Of a stretch of 64,000 nucleotides of DNA, positions 24,101 through 36,929 are shown one piece after another. A program made the translations under genes and the position numbers. This stretch comes from Felis catus (lineage: Eukaryota), in the NCBI RefSeq assembly GCF_018350175.1, contig NC_058368.1, positions 92,878,001 to 92,942,000 of the forward strand, given 5' to 3'. The notes beneath the pieces are model-generated. The model had not been told where the DNA came from, did not search any database, and saw only the letters and a list, made by a program, of their open reading frames with translations. Numbering within the stretch: the first letter of the stretch is position 1; every line of letters begins with the position of its first letter.

Positions 24101-24400
24101 ACAGTACAGTATTAATAAACTCTTGTCCTATGCTGTTTTTAATGTAACTGGCAGCTTGACCTAGAATGAAGCAAAGCATTCCCAAGCTTACTCTTGTGTG
24201 GAAAAGCAAAGGACTGTCCATAGGTGCTTTGAAGTGACAAAAAATACACTAGTTCCAGTTGTGGGCACCTTCTAACCTTCTGAAAAATCACTGATTTCTG
24301 CCAAACACCACGGCCTGAGACCAAGCATCTGAGCATGGGAGACCATCACCCACAATCCCACAGAGAGAGGGAGAGAGAGAGAGAGAACCATTGACTCAGT
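21180..24400. promoter_or_regulatory. Candidate enhancer/promoter region (motif-based only)
   Basis: Within the longest SINE-free gap; ACCGGAAGTG 21799-21808, ATGACGCAAT 21547-21556, TTGCACAAT 21437-21445, TGTGGTT 21318-21324, TGACTCA 23587-23593 and 24392-24398. Confidence 0.3.
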
Positions 24401-24559
24401 TGTGATCATGGGACATTTGATGTCATGTACTACTCATATTGCAAGACATCGCTCGTTGATCAAGTTAAAATTTATTAGAAATGTTTGCTTGTCTTGCAGA
24501 ACACTCGCAGAACAAGTTCCTTGCAATCCAAGGTTTTACTGTATATGATGTCTGTTGAT

Positions 24560-25430
24560 GTTGGCTCTAGGCACAGGAGATACCGGCCTTCCTTCACTTC
24601 TGTCTGCTTGACTGTGACTCTTTATGGATACGGTCTCTTCAAAGCAGCCACAGTGCCCTTTGAAACATGTCATTCAGGTCATGCCACTGCCCTGATTACC
24701 ATCCTCCAGTTGCATTCCATCGTGTTTCAAATAAAATCCAAACTCTATTCCATGCCTTCAACATGCTCCATGATCTACCTGCCAGGCCTGCCTCGGCCAC
24801 TCTCCCTACAGCTTGTGAGCCTCTAACCACAGAGTGCCTCCGTTCCTTGAAAATTTTTAGAAGCCTTGAAGTAGCTTCCCTTCTGTCTCCAATCCTCTTG
24901 TCCCAATCTTTCCAAGAGTGGGTCGTTTTTTTTTTTTTAAATCATTCAAATGTCATTAAAATTTTTTAATGTTTGTTTATTTGTTTATTTTTGAGAGAGA
25001 GAGAGAGTGTGTGTGAGTGGGGCAGGAGCAGAGAGAGAGAGAGAGAGAGAGGGAGACACAGAATCAGAAGCAGGCTCCTTCTTGAAGCAGACTCAGGGCT
25101 TGAACCCAGGAACCTTGAGACCATGACCTGGGCTGAGGCCAGACGCTTAACCGACCAAGCCACCTAGGCATCCCTCAGATGTCATTTTAGATGTCACCTT
25201 TTTTGAGAGAAACTCCCTGATCCCCCAGTTTAAGTACCTCTGTTGCTTTCTCAATTCAACTTGTGGAATTTTCTGTTTAGAACTTAACACACTTAATTTG
25301 CATGTGTATCTACCGTTACTCTGTCCCTCCTCCATACTAGAATATGGTATCATGAAAACAGATCGTATCCGGTTGCTTGACTCCTTTAACGCTGGCATTT
25401 AATAAATTCATGAAAAACTTAAAAAGCCAG
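24560..25430 (+). mobile_element. L2 3' fragment interrupted by a SINE
   Basis: CAGGTCATGCCACTGCCCTG..AATAAAATCCAAACTC..TCAGATGTCA..AATAAAT, typical L2 3' region. Confidence 0.7.
24962..25174 (-). mobile_element. CanSINE
   Basis: TSD TCA(A/G)ATGTCATT. Confidence 0.94.
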
Positions 25431-25559
25431 GAAGCCCAGGATGAGTGGATAAAAAGGGATGGACAAAGAAGAGGCATGTTGAGTTCAGAGTCAATAAAAG
25501 TATTTACGCAAAGGCTGGGTGGTTGCTTGATGGAGATAAAGTAGACGTTTTTCATTTCA

Positions 25560-25930
25560 TTCTTCCATTAATATTTACTGATCATTTGGTAGCTCTCAGT
25601 CACTGTAAAAAGCACATAGGGAGAGAAGGAGGAAAACCTTGGGTGCCTGCCCTCAAGCAGTTTACCATCCAAAGAGGAGGAAGATGTGTGAGCAAGACCT
25701 CATAAGTACAATGCAATGTTGTATTAGAACTACCTACACAAGGTACAGTGCCAACTAAAATTTGACAGAGACAATGTATAGGGAAACTCATTAGACTCTT
25801 GAAAGAAAATGAGGAGTATTCCAGATGGATTAGGTGTTGAGGAGGGCTTTTGAAGGAAGACAGCAACATGAAGAGGGCTTGGTGTGTTCTCTGAAGTGTA
25901 AGGGCCTGGATATGTAAGGGTGGAAGTGAG

Positions 25931-25963
<33 letters not shown>

Positions 25964-26200
25964 AGGGGAGGGGGTGGGGGAGAGAGAGACAGAGACAGAC
26001 AGACAGACAAAAGGAGGGAGAGAGGTAGGGAGGCAAGAGCCAGGTAGGAGCCAGATGAGGAAGGGCCTTTATGTTTCTGTAAGGAATTTGGATTTTCTCT
26101 TTGTTGGCAGAGAAGAACCTTTGTTCAAGGATCACATCTTCAGTCCAGAAAGATTAACATAACAGCCAGAAAGTGGTTGCATGAGGCTGAGATTGCAGTT
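25560..26200 (-). mobile_element. L2 fragment containing a (CA)n tract (25932-25959)
   Basis: CCTGCCCTCAAGCAGTTTAC..GGAGCCAGATGAGGAAGGGCCTT..AAGGAATTTGGATTTT, reverse L2. Confidence 0.7.
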
Positions 26201-26339
26201 ATTTTAACAGATTAGAGATGTAAAGGCATAAACTGGAGCATTCGGAGGCCACGGGGACACGTAGACATTTCGCGGGTAGTTAGACCAGGGTTTCCTTTGG
26301 TCTCCAACTCTATGATTCCACGGTTGTTCAGAGTTTTAG

Positions 26340-26608
26340 AAGGGGAAGAAAAAACTCTAGATATCATCTTTATTTCCTCTCCTTCCCTCCCAGCCCACAT
26401 CCAGTTCTTCAGCAGGTCTTACCAGTTCTCCCTCAAAACTTACCCTAAATGTGTCCCCTTTCTGTGATCTCTGCTTCCACCGCCCTACTCTGAGATGCCG
26501 ACATCTTTTGTTCAGACTGTGCAGTAGCCCCTTACTATCTTCTTCTGCTCCTTCCCCTCCACACAGCAGCTGGTGATCTTTCTGAAAAGTAAATCAAACC
26601 AAGTGTCA
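26340..26608 (+). mobile_element. L2 fragment
   Basis: CCCACATCCAG..CAGCAGGTC..CTCCACACAGCAGCTGGTGATCTTT. Confidence 0.7.
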
Positions 26609-26609
26609 T

Positions 26610-26712
26610 ATATGTGAATGTTGAATCACTAAATTGTACGCATGAAACTAATATTAGATTATATGTAGACCGCATGTGAACTAAGTGGAATTTAAGTAAG
26701 TCTTAAAAAAAT
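26610..26712 (+). mobile_element. Short carnivore L1 3'-end fragment
   Basis: GTTGAATCACTAAATTGTAC..TGAAACTAATAT..GGAATTTAA, A tail. Confidence 0.75.
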
Positions 26713-27262
26713 GTGGGGTCTTTCTCCTAATGGCTCATGGGAAAAAAATTGTGGAAAATACAATGGAACTATGCAAAGTACATGTAATCAGCTACATGAA
26801 GGGTAGAATATAGGTTGTGTTTCCTTTTCATTCTGCTAAATTTAGATCATGCATTCTCCAAGGGGGGTGATATCACCTTCAAGAAGGTGAGAATCCCTTC
26901 TTGGGGGACAAAAAGAATACAGAGTCTCTGCTTACCTCTTAAAGCCAGTCTTGAAATTCCTTTACAACTCAACCCCTTGGTTTTATCCCATTCACTTCTC
27001 TGAAGTCTTTCTTCCAGATTTTTCATGGTTTTACCCCATCTTGTCTTTCAGCTCTCAACTTAAATCATGCTCTTCAATGAGTATCCGTAATTATTTTCGT
27101 GTGTGTATACGTTTATATGCACAGATATTAATTATCTTTCCTCATTGGAGGGGTGAGATCTGGAAGAGGAAGAATCCTGAAAATCTTGTCCTCTGCTGTG
27201 TCTGCACACAGTGCCTGTGACAAAGTCGAATGTGAATAAATATTTTTTTAAATGAATGAGTA

Positions 27263-27445
27263 GGGGCACCTGGCTCAGTTGGTTAAGTGTTGGACTCTTG
27301 ATCTTGGCTCAGGTCATGATCTCACTGTTGTGAGATTGAGCCCCATGTCAGGCTCTGTGCCGAGCAGAGCGTGCTTAAGATTCTCTCTCTTCCTCTGCCC
27401 CTCTCCCCTGCTCTGTCTCTCTAAAAGATAAAAAATAACATAAAA
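27263..27445 (+). mobile_element. CanSINE
   Basis: Outer TSD AAATGAATGAGT. Confidence 0.92.
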
Positions 27446-27446
27446 T

Positions 27447-27655
27447 GGGGCGCCTGGGTGGCGCAGTCGGTTAAGCGTCCGACTTCAGCCAGGTCATGAT
27501 CTCGCGGTCCGTGAGTTCGAGCCCCGCGTCGGGCTCTGGGCTGATGGCTCAGAGCCTGGAGCCTGTTTCTGATTCTGTGTCTCCCTCTCTCTCTGCCCCT
27601 CGCCCATTCATGCTCTGTCTCTCTCTGTCCCAAAAATAAATAAACGTTGAAAAAA
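27447..27655 (+). mobile_element. Young SINEC_Fc-type SINE in the tail of the previous SINE
   Basis: Near-consensus; TSD AAAAATAACATAAAAT. Confidence 0.96.
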
Positions 27656-28273
27656 AAATAACATAAAATGAATGAGTGAACAAAATAAAAGAAAACAGCT
27701 CTGCCTTGGTAGCTTTGGCTCTCTTTTTTCTGAGAGCAATTCCCGGGAGTCTCTTTCCCTCCTTTGTCTGGTTTGCCTCCTCTTCTGGCCTGAAGTCTTC
27801 CCTCACAGCTGAATGTTCTAGGAGATGCAGGTGACTTTTGTTTGAATATGGAAAACTGGCCACCCTCCCACCTTCTTGTGTTTACAGTGTTTGCATGGAG
27901 TAAGGCAGCCCCAGATCTGTTCTAAGCCTTAGCAGGTGCGACTGGAGAACCGGAGGAAGGGGAAAAAAAAGGAAGGAAGAAATTGTTTTCCTCAAAGACC
28001 ATGTGCCATAAGTCTGTGACCACTGCAGGCTCCTGGACCATTTAGCTTCCCCAGGGAGTCATGTTAACTGTGGTTTATTTTTAAGCAATTCAGGATAAGC
28101 ACGTGATAAACATACGGTGTGTACGTTAGTAAGAATAGACTGTTGGGTGTTTTTCTTAGCATCTGAAGTACCCCACCGGGGAATTCACTCTCTCAGGATC
28201 TCTAGGAAAATGATCTCCAGGTGATGATTTAAAAGCATATCTGAAGATTCACTGATTAACAACAGAAATGATA

Positions 28274-28492
28274 GGGATGCCTGGATGGCTCAGTAGGTAA
28301 GCCTCTGACTCTTGGTTTTGGCTCAGGTTGTGATCTCATCACAGTTTGATGGGTGCAAGCCCTGCGTTGGGCTCTGTGCTGGTGGGGCTGAGCCTGCTTG
28401 GGATTCTCTCTCTCTCTCCCTCTCTCTCTGTCCCTCCCCCACTCATGCTGTCTCTGTCTCTCTCTAAATAAATAAATAAACTTAATTAAAAA
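28274..28492 (+). mobile_element. CanSINE
   Basis: TSD CAGA(A/G)ATGATAG. Confidence 0.93.
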
Positions 28493-29302
28493 GCCAGAGA
28501 TGATAGAAATGCCTTTTCATTACAGAAGTAAGTTGTGTTCAAGGTATTCACTTGGCTCTGAAGATTACACAGGCACCTCTACCCTTTCCTGATGAGAACA
28601 AGGGCCTGGAATAAGTATCTGCCCTTCCATGAGCAAAGCATCCAGGAGCCCAGCATGTGTGGACCCCAGGCTGTTCTGGTCCTACCACCCACTCGTCCCT
28701 TAATGCAGGCCCTGGGCATGCAATTAGGTAAGAAGGCGGGCTGGTGTCGCCATCAGAACACTGTGTGCTGGCCTCACGGTGAAGCTTGCATCCAACGTGC
28801 TCATCACAGGGCCCCAAAGGCAGAGAACCGGAACATCACCGCGTTCACGGGAGCAGGATGTTTGACGTTTTTGCGTCTGCCTGCTAAGACCTGTGTGTAC
28901 TCGCAGTAGGATTTTCTCTGATTATCATTCCCACAGCAGCGTATGACTCATCATGAGCTCGGAAGGGAAGCCAGCAGATAACGCCACCTATGCACTGGCC
29001 AGAGGCTGCGTGCGTTTACTGAAGAGCCTGATCCTTGGGACGTGGCTCAGCTTGCCGGCATCACCCACACAGCAGCGGTCCATGGCCTGTGAGTGTGCTT
29101 TCTATCAGGCCCCCACCCTGGGCAGGCAGATGCCATTCAAGAGAGGGCGTAGAGAGTGCCGGGTGCATGGTAGTGATTGCTGTAATTGGCCACTAATGAA
29201 CTACACATCTGGAAACCTTGCCTGGCAACCTAGGGGAGGCTCATCCAAAACACAGAGTGCTGGATGTCACTTTGTGACATATATACCTATGCACATACAT
29301 AC

Positions 29303-29510
29303 ATTTATTTATTTATATTATTTTTTAAATGTTTTATTTATGTTTGAGATAGCAAAAATGGGGGGTTCAGAGAGAGCAGGGGACAGAGGATGCCAAGAAG
29401 GTTCTGTGCTGACAGCAGTGAACCATCACGCGGGGCTCGAAGTCACCAACCATGAGATCATGACCTTAGCTGAAGTCGGACCCTCCACCGACTGAGCCAC
29501 CCAGGGGCCC
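29303..29510 (-). mobile_element. CanSINE
   Basis: Reverse SINE body. Confidence 0.92.
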
Positions 29511-29979
29511 CATACTGCTGTTTTTAAAGATCTAACTGGCTTTACTACGTGATTCATGAACTGAATAGCATCCCATATCAAGTAGAGGGGAGCTTTCCAC
29601 TTCGTTATACGTCTAAAATCTTATCGTGACATAGCTTTTGTTAAGAGACATCTCAGTATGGGACTGTGAAATATATCCCACTATACAGGCCACAGCTAAA
29701 GAAATTCCTTTTTCATTTTATAATTTCCTAGCATCAGCATGGAAACCTCCGTGTACTAAGGGGTTCACTAGTTTTCTTTGCAGCTGCTCCCGAAAAAGTA
29801 GAAATTTGCAATAGCATCAGACTCTGGAAAGGGCGAATGATATCTAAAGACCAGCCACTTAGCAAATTAATGTTTTGATTCATTAAAGCAAATTGCAGTT
29901 AAAATACAAAAAAAAAAAAATGTCAGATGACTTCCAAAGTGTCTAGAAGCCTTACTGACGTTTTTCAAGAGAGTCAATT

Positions 29980-30200
29980 TAGCAGAGTGTATAAAAAAAG
30001 TACGGGCTTCAGAGCCAGACTGCCTGGGAGTGAATCCTGGCTCTGATACTCGCCAGCTGAACAGTCCTGGGAAATTTCCTTCACTGCACTACAGTTTCCC
30101 TATGGGTAAAATTGCAAAAATAATAGTAACTTCCTCACGGGGTTGATTTAAAATTAAATTCTATCAGAGCTGAGAAGTGCTTGGAATACTGGCTAAAACC
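29980..30200 (+). mobile_element. MIR
   Basis: GAGCCAGACTGCCTGGG..GAATCCTGGCTCTG..CAGTTTCC..ATAATAGTA. Confidence 0.8.
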
Positions 30201-30527
30201 TGCACTTAAAAAAATTATTATCAATGTTGAATATTTTCAAAGTACTTTTAAAGCATAACTTCAAAAGACAGGAAGCCTTGAAACAATGATTTGACCTCTC
30301 TGGGCATCAGTCCTCCTATTTATGAGAGCGATTGGCCCAGATAATCTCCAAGTTACCCTGTGATGCTCAAAATGTTAGGATTTTGTAATATCATCCCCAC
30401 TCTGGAGTTTACAGAAAATACTTCCAAAGAGAGTCTAAAAAAGATGTAAGAAAATAATAAAAGTCAACAGAAAGGAGAGATTGTATTTAAATTTCTTTGG
30501 ACTTGGAGTCAGAACAATTGGACCCCT

Positions 30528-30652
30528 GGGCACCTGGGTGATGCAGTCAGTTAAGTATCTGACTTCAGCTCAGGTCATGAACTCATGGTTCCTGACATCC
30601 AGCCCTGCGTCGGGCTCTGTGCTGGGCACGGAGCCTGCTTGGGATTCTCTCT

Positions 30653-30715
<63 letters not shown>

Positions 30716-30746
30716 CTTCCCTGCTCACACTCTCTCTCAAAAAAAG
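30528..30746 (+). mobile_element. CanSINE with long (CT)n
   Basis: Head, (CT)n, short A tail. Confidence 0.92.
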
Positions 30747-31615
30747 GAGAAAAATCTGTAGCACATGTTAGACACTGGAGACTTGTTCCTGTATGATGGT
30801 CTCTGTCCTCCAGCCTCTGGATTGGGTTACCCTCTTCCACCGGAGTTTTTGAAGCTTCTCCAACCCAGCTCTTCCTCAGTGGCCAGTGCCACCTAAAACC
30901 AGGCATCGCCCTGTCCCACCAAGACAACTCTAACTGCGTTTGATCCTTCAAGTCTTTGTTGATAAAATACAGAGAATTCAGTCTTCAAGTGTTAGTTCAC
31001 ATGAGACATCCTCCCTTTTCTGAAAAGCCACTCTATTTACTAACATGTTAAGAGATGGAAGAATAAAATGGCCAACTCGACGAGCACCCTGTAGACGATG
31101 TGTGGGCCCCGTTCTCTCGCAGAGGAGTTGGGAACTTCAAGGGGGGGGGGATCCTCCTGAGCAGAGCGGTTGTCTGAACAGTGCCCCTCACATCCCTTCA
31201 TCCATCCTGGGCTTGCCGCACAGGCAGGCAGGGCTCTCTGAGCTGCTGTCTCCCAGGCCCAGCGAGAACCTTCCCTACTCCCAAGTTGTGTAGAGCAGTT
31301 TAATGAGGAAATATCTGTGAACCTGATTTACCAACCAGAAAACACCCTTCCAATTAAATGATATTTTGGGCTCCCAGCTAAATATGCCTTAACGACAAAC
31401 TCCGTCTGTATAGTTGGCCATAGCTCATCTTTTCCCCAAGACCTTGAAGTCTAACATCCTTGTCATCATTTCTATGACTCTGTGAATTTTCTTCATACCT
31501 GAGACAGGATCATTAACAATATGCATCTGGTGACTTCTCCCGTGTGTAAACTGTAACATGTGCTTTATATTTTCATCCTTTCATGATCCATAATCCTGTC
31601 ACTTCTGAGCTCTCC

Positions 31616-31741
31616 TTTTTTTTACAAAAAATTGTTTATTATTTATTTTGAGAGACAGAGAGAATGTGTGCAAGTGGGGGAGGGACAGAGAGAGAGGGAG
31701 AAGAGAGGATCCCAAGCAGGCTCCACACTGTCAGCTCAGAG
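31616..31741 (-). mobile_element. CanSINE 3' half only
   Basis: Tail to ...CACTGTCAGCTCAGAG, head missing. Confidence 0.88.
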
Positions 31742-31754
31742 AAAAGGACAAGTT

Positions 31755-31995
31755 TTAATAATACATTTTATTTTACCCAGCATTCCAAAACGTTATTTTT
31801 ATAATGTATTATCAGCCTAAAAATCACGGAGATGTTTTACATTATTATTTTGTTTGACGTCTTCGAACAGTGTGGTGTGGGTTTTTTTTGTTTTTGTTTT
31901 TTTGTTTTGTTTTGTTTTGTTTTGCAGCTATAGCACCTCACCGTTCAGCCACGATTCACAGGCTCCATCACCACATGTAACTAGGGTGCACCCAC
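31755..31995. mobile_element. hAT-Charlie-like MITE fragment (MER3/MER33-like)
   Basis: TTTAATAATACATTTTATTTTACCCAG..GAGATGTTTTACATT..CCACATGT. Confidence 0.55.
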
Positions 31996-32690
31996 TGTGT
32001 CTGCTGTGAATGCTCTGTCTTCTGTATCTTATCTCATTGTGTCGTTCGGACCAAATTGTTGAGAGTTTTGGGGTAGAGGGTGTCTGTTCGGAGGGTTTGA
32101 TATAATATGAGGGAGGTCTAAAGGATCTTTTTCAGGACAAGCTGCCTGGGAAAATCAGGCTGGATCGCTGACACTTCCTCCCCATCTACAAACTGCCAGA
32201 GCTCCATTGTTACAAGCTTGTCTGTTTTATTCTAGACCAGAGCAGGCTCTGTTCTTGGGCCACCCTGCTCCCAGCTCTTCCTTCTTGCTCTGTGTTACTC
32301 ACATGACTTCCCTCCAAGGTCATGTTTCCTGTTCCATGCCACACAAGGGTGCAGACTGGTGCACAGAAGAATGCCACATCACACGTCACACAGGTGTCTT
32401 GCATTGCAAAATGGTCAAGGGTGAGAATATCACAGTATGTAGTATCACAAGGCTTTGCTGACTGGTGCCCATCACGTGTGCGTAAAATGTGTTCTTCTCA
32501 CAGCTCCTGCTGACAGCCACCTTCTAGATAAAGTTCTGTAGTTTCCCTTGAGGATAACTTTCACATATCCCTACACCATACTTTTAAGGCAATGTGAGAA
32601 TTCTTTTTCCACCCATCTTTGCTTCCTTGTCCCCTTTGGGAAATTCGTATTAAGATGCTACATGAATATTCTTCCCTCCTTCTTTCTCTC

Positions 32691-32893
32691 TTTTTTAAAA
32701 AAAGTTTATGTACTTATTTTGAGAGAAAGAGCAAGCAGCGGAGGGGCAGAGAGAGGGAGAGAGAGAGAATCCCAAGCAGGCTGTGCAGTTAGCACAGAGC
32801 CTGTTGCAGGGTTCGATCCTACCAACCATGAGATCATGACCTGAGCCGAAGTCGAGAGTCAGATGCTCAACTGACTGAGCCATCCAGGTGCCC
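32691..32893 (-). mobile_element. CanSINE
   Basis: Reverse SINE body. Confidence 0.93.
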
Positions 32894-33448
32894 TCTTTTT
32901 TTCTTAATGAGGTTTTTTGTAGGTAGACTTTCCTTTGAAGACATATCTGGGCCCATTTGCCACTCACCCACATTGACCATGGACTGAGTCTTCTCCAGCT
33001 CGTGGAACTGCCCTTGGTGATGATGTGTTTTTTTTTTTTTTTTTTGAGTATTTATGGGAAGGTAGACAATGTCACTGATATTATATATCAAGGGGAAAAA
33101 ATCATCTCCACTCTCAAGGGACCAGGGCCCGCCAAAAATAGTGTTTCACCCTGAATTTTGAGATAGAATGCTCTGAGAATTCAATCTTTACTGTTCCATG
33201 ATGGTGTTTTTCTTAAAACATAATTTTTCTTAATGAAGCACAGACCGATTTTTTTTTACATTTCCTTTGTCCTCTTAGATGAAAATTATTTTATTTCCCT
33301 GAGGAAACAATATTCTTTGGATACTGATTAAAAGGTTTTTCTCTTGAGGAGGAAAAAGGATTTCATATCCTGTTAATATTTACATTAAAGTCAGATTTCG
33401 TTATATAAATTGTGGCTAATTCAGGCACTCGGGTCTAGATGCAGAAGC

Positions 33449-33870
33449 TTTTTTTTATTAATTTTTTAATTTTTAATTTTTTTAAGATTTTATTGTATTT
33501 ATTTTGAGAGAGAGAATTGGGGAGGAGTAGAGAGAGAGAGAGAGAGAAACTCAAGTAGTCTCTGCTCTGTCAGTGCAGAGCCTGACACGGGGCTTGAACC
33601 TAAAAACCATGAGATCATGACTTGAGGTGAAACTAAGAGCTTAACTGATTGAGCCACCCAAGTGCCCCAGAAATTTTTTTTATGTTTATTTATTTATTTT
33701 GATGGAGCACGAGCAGGGAGAGGGGCAAAGGGAGGGTGAGAGAGAATCCCAAGCAGACTCTGCATTGAATGTGGAGTCCAATGTGGGGCTCAATCCCATA
33801 ACCCTGAGATCATAACCTGAACCAAAATCAAGAGTTGGATGCTCAACCGACTGAGCCACTCAAGAGCCCC
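33449..33870 (-). mobile_element. Two tandem CanSINEs (33449-33668, 33674-33870)
   Basis: Outer duplication CTAGATGCAGA. Confidence 0.93.
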
Positions 33871-35182
33871 TAGATGCAGACGTTTTGAGTCAACGTGTAG
33901 TTAATTTATTGTTTCTTTATGTGGGAAAACCAGTGTTTATTTTTCTGTCTTCAGAAGATTTTAGGACAGTTGCTTCTTTCTGGGAGAATGTTATGCCCTT
34001 CACAAGGAGCTCCCTCTCCAGCTGTGCCGGAACACCTGAAATGCCACCCCCTTCTGATCCCACCCTCAACACTTCCTTCTTGGTGCCCCCCGAATCACCT
34101 GGTTTGCCCCCTGAATTGCACACAATGTGCACTAACACCCAAGCTCATGCATTTTGGCAAACCATCTAAGCCAAATGAGAAGAAAACACCAAGAGCTGAT
34201 GAACGGAGGGAAGCGCCCGGTACAGTGCACCAATTCATTCATCACGCATTCGCTTGCTTTTCTACCCTCATTTTCCTGAGTTCCGTCACAACTCTTATTA
34301 TTAACATGCATCTTTATGCTTATTATCCTTTCCATGTAGAATTTCTACATTGGATTTCAATTTTCTGACCCCAAGATTATCTGATATTTTATATACAAAC
34401 AAGGAAAACAGCCTGCAGGGCCGTAGAACTAACTGTGATCCCATCTCTCACCTTCTGCCTCATTAGCCTTTTATTTCTGTGGTTTGCACATGGGTTAATA
34501 TGAACCTCCTTTGTGCAAAGACCAATCCAGCCCCTTTTGCTTTTCCTTGGGACGTGTCAGTACTTGTGTAGGTGATACCTGATAACCAAAAGAACAGAGA
34601 AAGTGGGTCACGAACAGAGAGGTGCCTCCTGGGTCCCAGGGACTTAGAAGACCTGAAACCTTCTATACTCCAGCCTGGCATTCTGTGGCCAGGTCTCAAG
34701 GGTCATTTCTCTCCAGATAGAACCATTTGGTCTAGTCCCTATGAAGTGGTTTTTGGTGATGGTGCTACCAAGCTGGACAAGCTTATGTGACTTTTACTGT
34801 CTTCGAGCTCAAGGTGAGGAATTCAACTCGAGTGTGTGAATGCAGGACAGAAGGGCTGTTTCCAAGGGCAGGGTGGCAGGTGCAGAATTCATAGTGGAAA
34901 ATAATTTGACTCTTCAGGTTTTCTTTTAGTAATAGTGAAAGTAATCATTCTTACTTTTTGATCAGTTGAGATTCCGAATTTGGAGGAATGTCTGCCTATT
35001 TGTTTAAGCAAAACAAAACACAATCAAGCATTCCGCAGACCATCCAGGATAGCATAGGCAAAAGTTCATTTCCTGCTTAATTTTGGTTCACTTTTTTTTC
35101 TGGGTAACTGTAGGCTGTTCGTAAGAATGTGCTTATCTGCTAGGCATTCAATGGGGCTTTAATATGGCAAGAGTTTCTGCTA

Positions 35183-35356
35183 TTTTTTAAATAAAGTTTA
35201 TTTATTTTGTGAGAGGTAGAGAGAAGGAAGGGGAGAGCATGAACAGGGAAGGGGGGCAGAGAGAGAGACACAGAGAGAGAGAGAGAGAGAGAGAGAGCAT
35301 GAGCAGGGCAGAGGCAGAGAAAGAGAGACAGAGAGAGAAAGCACAAGCAGGGGAGG

Positions 35357-35406
<50 letters not shown>

Positions 35407-35773
35407 CCCAAGCAGGCTCTGCACTGTCAGCCTGGAGCCCAATTCAAGGCTCAAACTCACAAACCTTGAGATGATGATCTGAGCTGAAACCAAGAGCCAG
35501 ATGCTTAACTGACTGAGCTACCCAGGTGCCCTGAGTTTCTGCTATTTTTTTATTTTTTAATTTTTTTTATATTTATTCATTTTTGAAAGACAGAGAGAGA
35601 CAGAGAACAAGCAGGGGTGGGGTGGAGAGAGAGGGGGACACAGAATCTGAAGCAGGCTCCAGTCTCTGAGCTGTCAGCACCATAGCCCAATGCAGGGCTC
35701 AAACTCACAAACCGTGAGATCATGACTTGAACTGAAGTCGGACATTCAACTGACTGAGCCACCCAGGGGCCCC
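35183..35773 (-). mobile_element. Two tandem CanSINEs (35183-35531 with expanded GA-rich core; 35545-35773)
   Basis: TSD GAGTTTCTGCTATTTTTT around the first copy. Confidence 0.94.
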
Positions 35774-36649
35774 ATTTTTTAAAAATGTTTTTATGTTTAT
35801 TCATTCTGATATTTTTTAAAAAGCATCTGATCCAGACGGTTTGATCCTACAACCTACTTTTTATTCCTATTGAGTCAGAAAGAATTTGATTGTAATTGTT
35901 GGTTATATGAAGGGTCATAATAATCATATCAGCTTTTATTCCAGTCATGAGGTGTGTTTATTGTAATAAACTTCAAGCATATCAGCCTGTATAGAACAGT
36001 TTAGCAATATAACATGTCAAAAATATGGATAGTAACCACGACATTGACATCAAATTTTAGTCTTCAAGGCACGAATGTGATAGCATATAATAAAAGCTTA
36101 TCTATGTGGCATCTTTTCAGGATTTTTGGTACTTACTAATGCATCTGAAATCACGAATGCAAACAGTTGATGTATCTAAAGCTGAAACACAGTGGGAATC
36201 ATTAAGGATTCAATTGTATCATGGATGTTGTGTTATGTCACGTTTTACTCTCAGTATTTGACTGTTGGTCATTTATGTTTGATATGCCTGATAAACCTAT
36301 ACCCAGAACACTTTGTAACAGTTAGACTATTAAGGAAGTTGCATAGACAGTGGAAAAGCTTAAAAATACAGATAAACACAAAGAAGAAAATGTAAAGGAG
36401 CAGTACTTCTATCGCCAGGGAGGATGTAAAATGAGAGTGATTTCTCTCCATACGGAAGTTTAGCCTCTATCGTGAGGGCAGGAATTTTTATTCTCGAGTC
36501 GTCTGTCCTGTCAGCTTCTGCTTTGTTCCTTTCATTCCAACACGATCTTCCCTTTTAATGGAAAGGATAATATTTTCATATGGAGTACTGTTTGTCGTGT
36601 ATGTATGTATGTATGTAGTGTATGTCTGATGTGTAAGACTATTTTTATT

Positions 36650-36890
36650 TGAAGTCAGTCTAGAGGATAGGAGCATGGGCCTCTGAATCTGTTTCCATTC
36701 CAGCTTGGCCCTGCCTCTTTTATACTGTGTGAGCTTGAGCGATTTCCTCTTTGTCTGAAATTTATCACCTGTTAAATGGGGAAAATTCTTATACCAATGT
36801 CATGAGGCTGAACAATCATCCTAAGGGGGAATGCACGAACTAATAAATTCATACTTCTTAGTGCATTATCTGGTATTTGATAAATATTAA
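36650..36890 (+). mobile_element. MIR
   Basis: GGAGCATGGGCCTCTG..CTGTGTGAGCTTGAGC..CACCTGTTAAATGGGGA. Confidence 0.65.
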
Positions 36891-36929
36891 CTTTTATGCC
36901 AGCTATTCATGGGCATTTTGATTATGCTT

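Noticed and set aside
28953..29495. Longest ORF (180 aa)
   Set aside because: Its C-terminal third is an antisense SINE and the remainder has no recognisable domain.
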